In this document: positions 62,784 to 64,000 of the stretch, piece by piece | Numbering within the stretch: position 1 is the first letter of the stretch | Layout: each line of letters begins with the position of its first letter | DNA from: a bacterium | GTDB taxonomy: Bacteria; Hinthialibacterota; Hinthialibacteria; Hinthialibacterales; Hinthialibacteraceae | DNA length: 64,000 nucleotides | Direction of reading: 5' to 3' | Assembly (NCBI GenBank): GCA_963663405.2 | Contig: CAXXSM010000021.1 | Coordinates: 76,519 to 140,518, forward strand | Program-made: the position numbers and the translations under genes | Notes under the pieces: generated by a model | What the model was told of the DNA's origin: nothing | The model's database searches: none | What the model saw: the letters and a program-made list of their open reading frames with translations, nothing else

Positions 62784-64000
62784 TTATTTAATCGTGGAAG
62801 CGTCATTCCCCAGTTTCATAATGTTGATCCAAAGAACGGTGATATCCGCGGGGAAAATGCCGGGGATGCGGGCGGCCTGGCCGATTGTAGCGGGTTGGAC
62901 GCGTTTGAATTTTTCCCGCGCTTCGTTTCGTAATCCCGTCATGCTGTCATAACTGATCTCCGGTGGGATAGATCGCCGATCCGCTTTTTTGTCTTCTTCG
63001 ATCTGTTTCCGTTGGCGTTCGATGTAACCGTGATATTTGGTTTCGATCTCCAACTGTTCAAGAACGCGGGGATGACTGTCTGCAATATTCACATCAAAAC
63101 GATTCAAGTATTCGGCTTTCATGTGGGTTCGGCGCAGGATATGCAGCAGAGGCGTGGGGTGAGAGATTTCACCGAGTTGGAGTTCGTTGAAGAGAGTCCG
63201 TATCGATTCACCAGGCGTGATGACGCGCCGCGTTAATTCCTCACGCAAGGTTTCGACCTCACGCTTCCATGCGATGATTTCTTCGTTCCATTCTTTGGGG
63301 ATCAAACCAAGTCGGTATCCATATTCCATCAGACGGAAATCCGCGTTGTCCTGCCGCAGGAGTAGGCGGTATTCAGCGGAGGACGTGAACAGGCGGTAGG
63401 GTTCTTCAACGCCTTTGGTGACGAGATCGTCGATCAACACACCGATATAGGCTTCCTCGCGCCCTAGTATGAACGGTTCTTCATCACGCAGTTTCAATGC
63501 GGCGTTGATTCCCGCCATCAATCCCTGCGCGGCGGCTTCTTCGTAGCCGGATGTGCCGTTGATCTGACCCGCCATGTATAGACCGCGTATGCGCTTGCTT
63601 TCCAGCCAGGGATACAGGTCTTGGGGATTGGAGAAGTAATACTCCACCGCGTAACCTGGTTTGACGATCCGGGCGTTTTCCAAGCCGGGGATGGTATGAA
63701 TGTATTCCCGCTGAACCTCTTTGGGAAGGCTTGTGGATATTCCGTTGGGATAGACTAAGTTGGAATGAATCCCTAAAGGTTCGAGAAACACCTGATGGGA
63801 GGTTTTATCTGGAAACCGGTGGATTTTATCTTCAATCGAGGGGCAGTACCGGGGGCCAACGCCGACGATTTTCCCCGTATATAAAGGTGATTGATCGAGA
63901 TTGCGGAAAATCGCCTCGCTCGTTCGTTCGTTCGTTCGTGTGATGTGACAGGCGATTTGATTTTCGACGTTTACTTCAGGATGGAACGAGAAGGGCAGGG
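62784..64000 (-). CDS. mnmG: tRNA uridine-5-carboxymethylaminomethyl synthesis enzyme MnmG, 5'-partial, with frameshifts
   Basis: GPRYCPSIEDK, NGISTSLP, AGQINGTSGYEEAAAQG and EYRLLLRQDNAD motifs. Confidence 0.95.
   Translation of the reverse strand, partial: LPFSFHPEVNVENQIACHITRTNERTSEAIFRNLDQSPLYTGKIVGVGPRYCPSIEDKIHRFPDKTSHQVFLEPLGIHSNLVYPNGISTSLPKEVQREYIHTIPGLENARIVKPGYAVEYYFSNPQDLYPWLESKRIRGLYMAGQINGTSGYEEAAAQGLMAGINAALKLRDEEPFILGREEAYIGVLIDDLVTKGVEEPYRLFTSSAEYRLLLRQDNADFRLMEYGYRLGLIPKEWNEEIIAWKREVETLREELTRRVITPGESIRTLFNELQLGEISHPTPLLHILRRTHMKAEYLNRFDVNIADSHPRVLEQLEIETKYHGYIERQRKQIEEDKKADRRSIPPEISYDSMTGLRNEAREKFKRVQPATIGQAARIPGIFPADITVLWINIMKLGNDASTIK

Noticed and set aside
63913-63940. 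(CGTT)n microsatellite in mnmG as a phase-variation switch
   Set aside because: It is a short tract in a conserved housekeeping gene, in a region with other indels, so a read error is more likely.

Overview
Bacterial chromosomal window, about 50% GC with AT-richer patches. Its Thr/Pro-repeat and cohesin/dockerin secreted proteins, prepilin-type protein and short aromatic C-terminal motif suggest an uncultured Hinthialibacterota/Sumerlaeota-like lineage (inference only). Housekeeping genes are metG, serS, ligA, ftsH, ilvB-ilvN-ilvC, a polyprenyl synthase and partial mnmG. They are interspersed with secreted and carbohydrate-active proteins, two type II TA pairs, an XRE-ImmA/DUF4411/RES island and a DUF6916/tail-collar cluster. 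Many genes carry single-base frameshifts, probably sequencing errors. No rRNA, tRNA, CRISPR array, integrase or transposase was seen. Signals not in the ORF track: (1) a shared GTAAYAC-N13-GTGTTAC NikR-like operator ahead of a DUF4198 gene and of an OB-fold/prepilin/His-rich FmdE operon; (2) an Ile/Leu/Val leader-peptide attenuator separated from ilvB by a methyltransferase gene; (3) a 35-aa peptide/antisense sRNA pair leading a mosaic secreted hydrolase and a hairpin-punctuated WD40 array; (4) a repeat family with a conserved head and variable hairpin insert; (5) a Tat-signal DUF6916 next to tail-collar genes and a putative thioester adhesin; (6) a membrane protein-acylase fusion.
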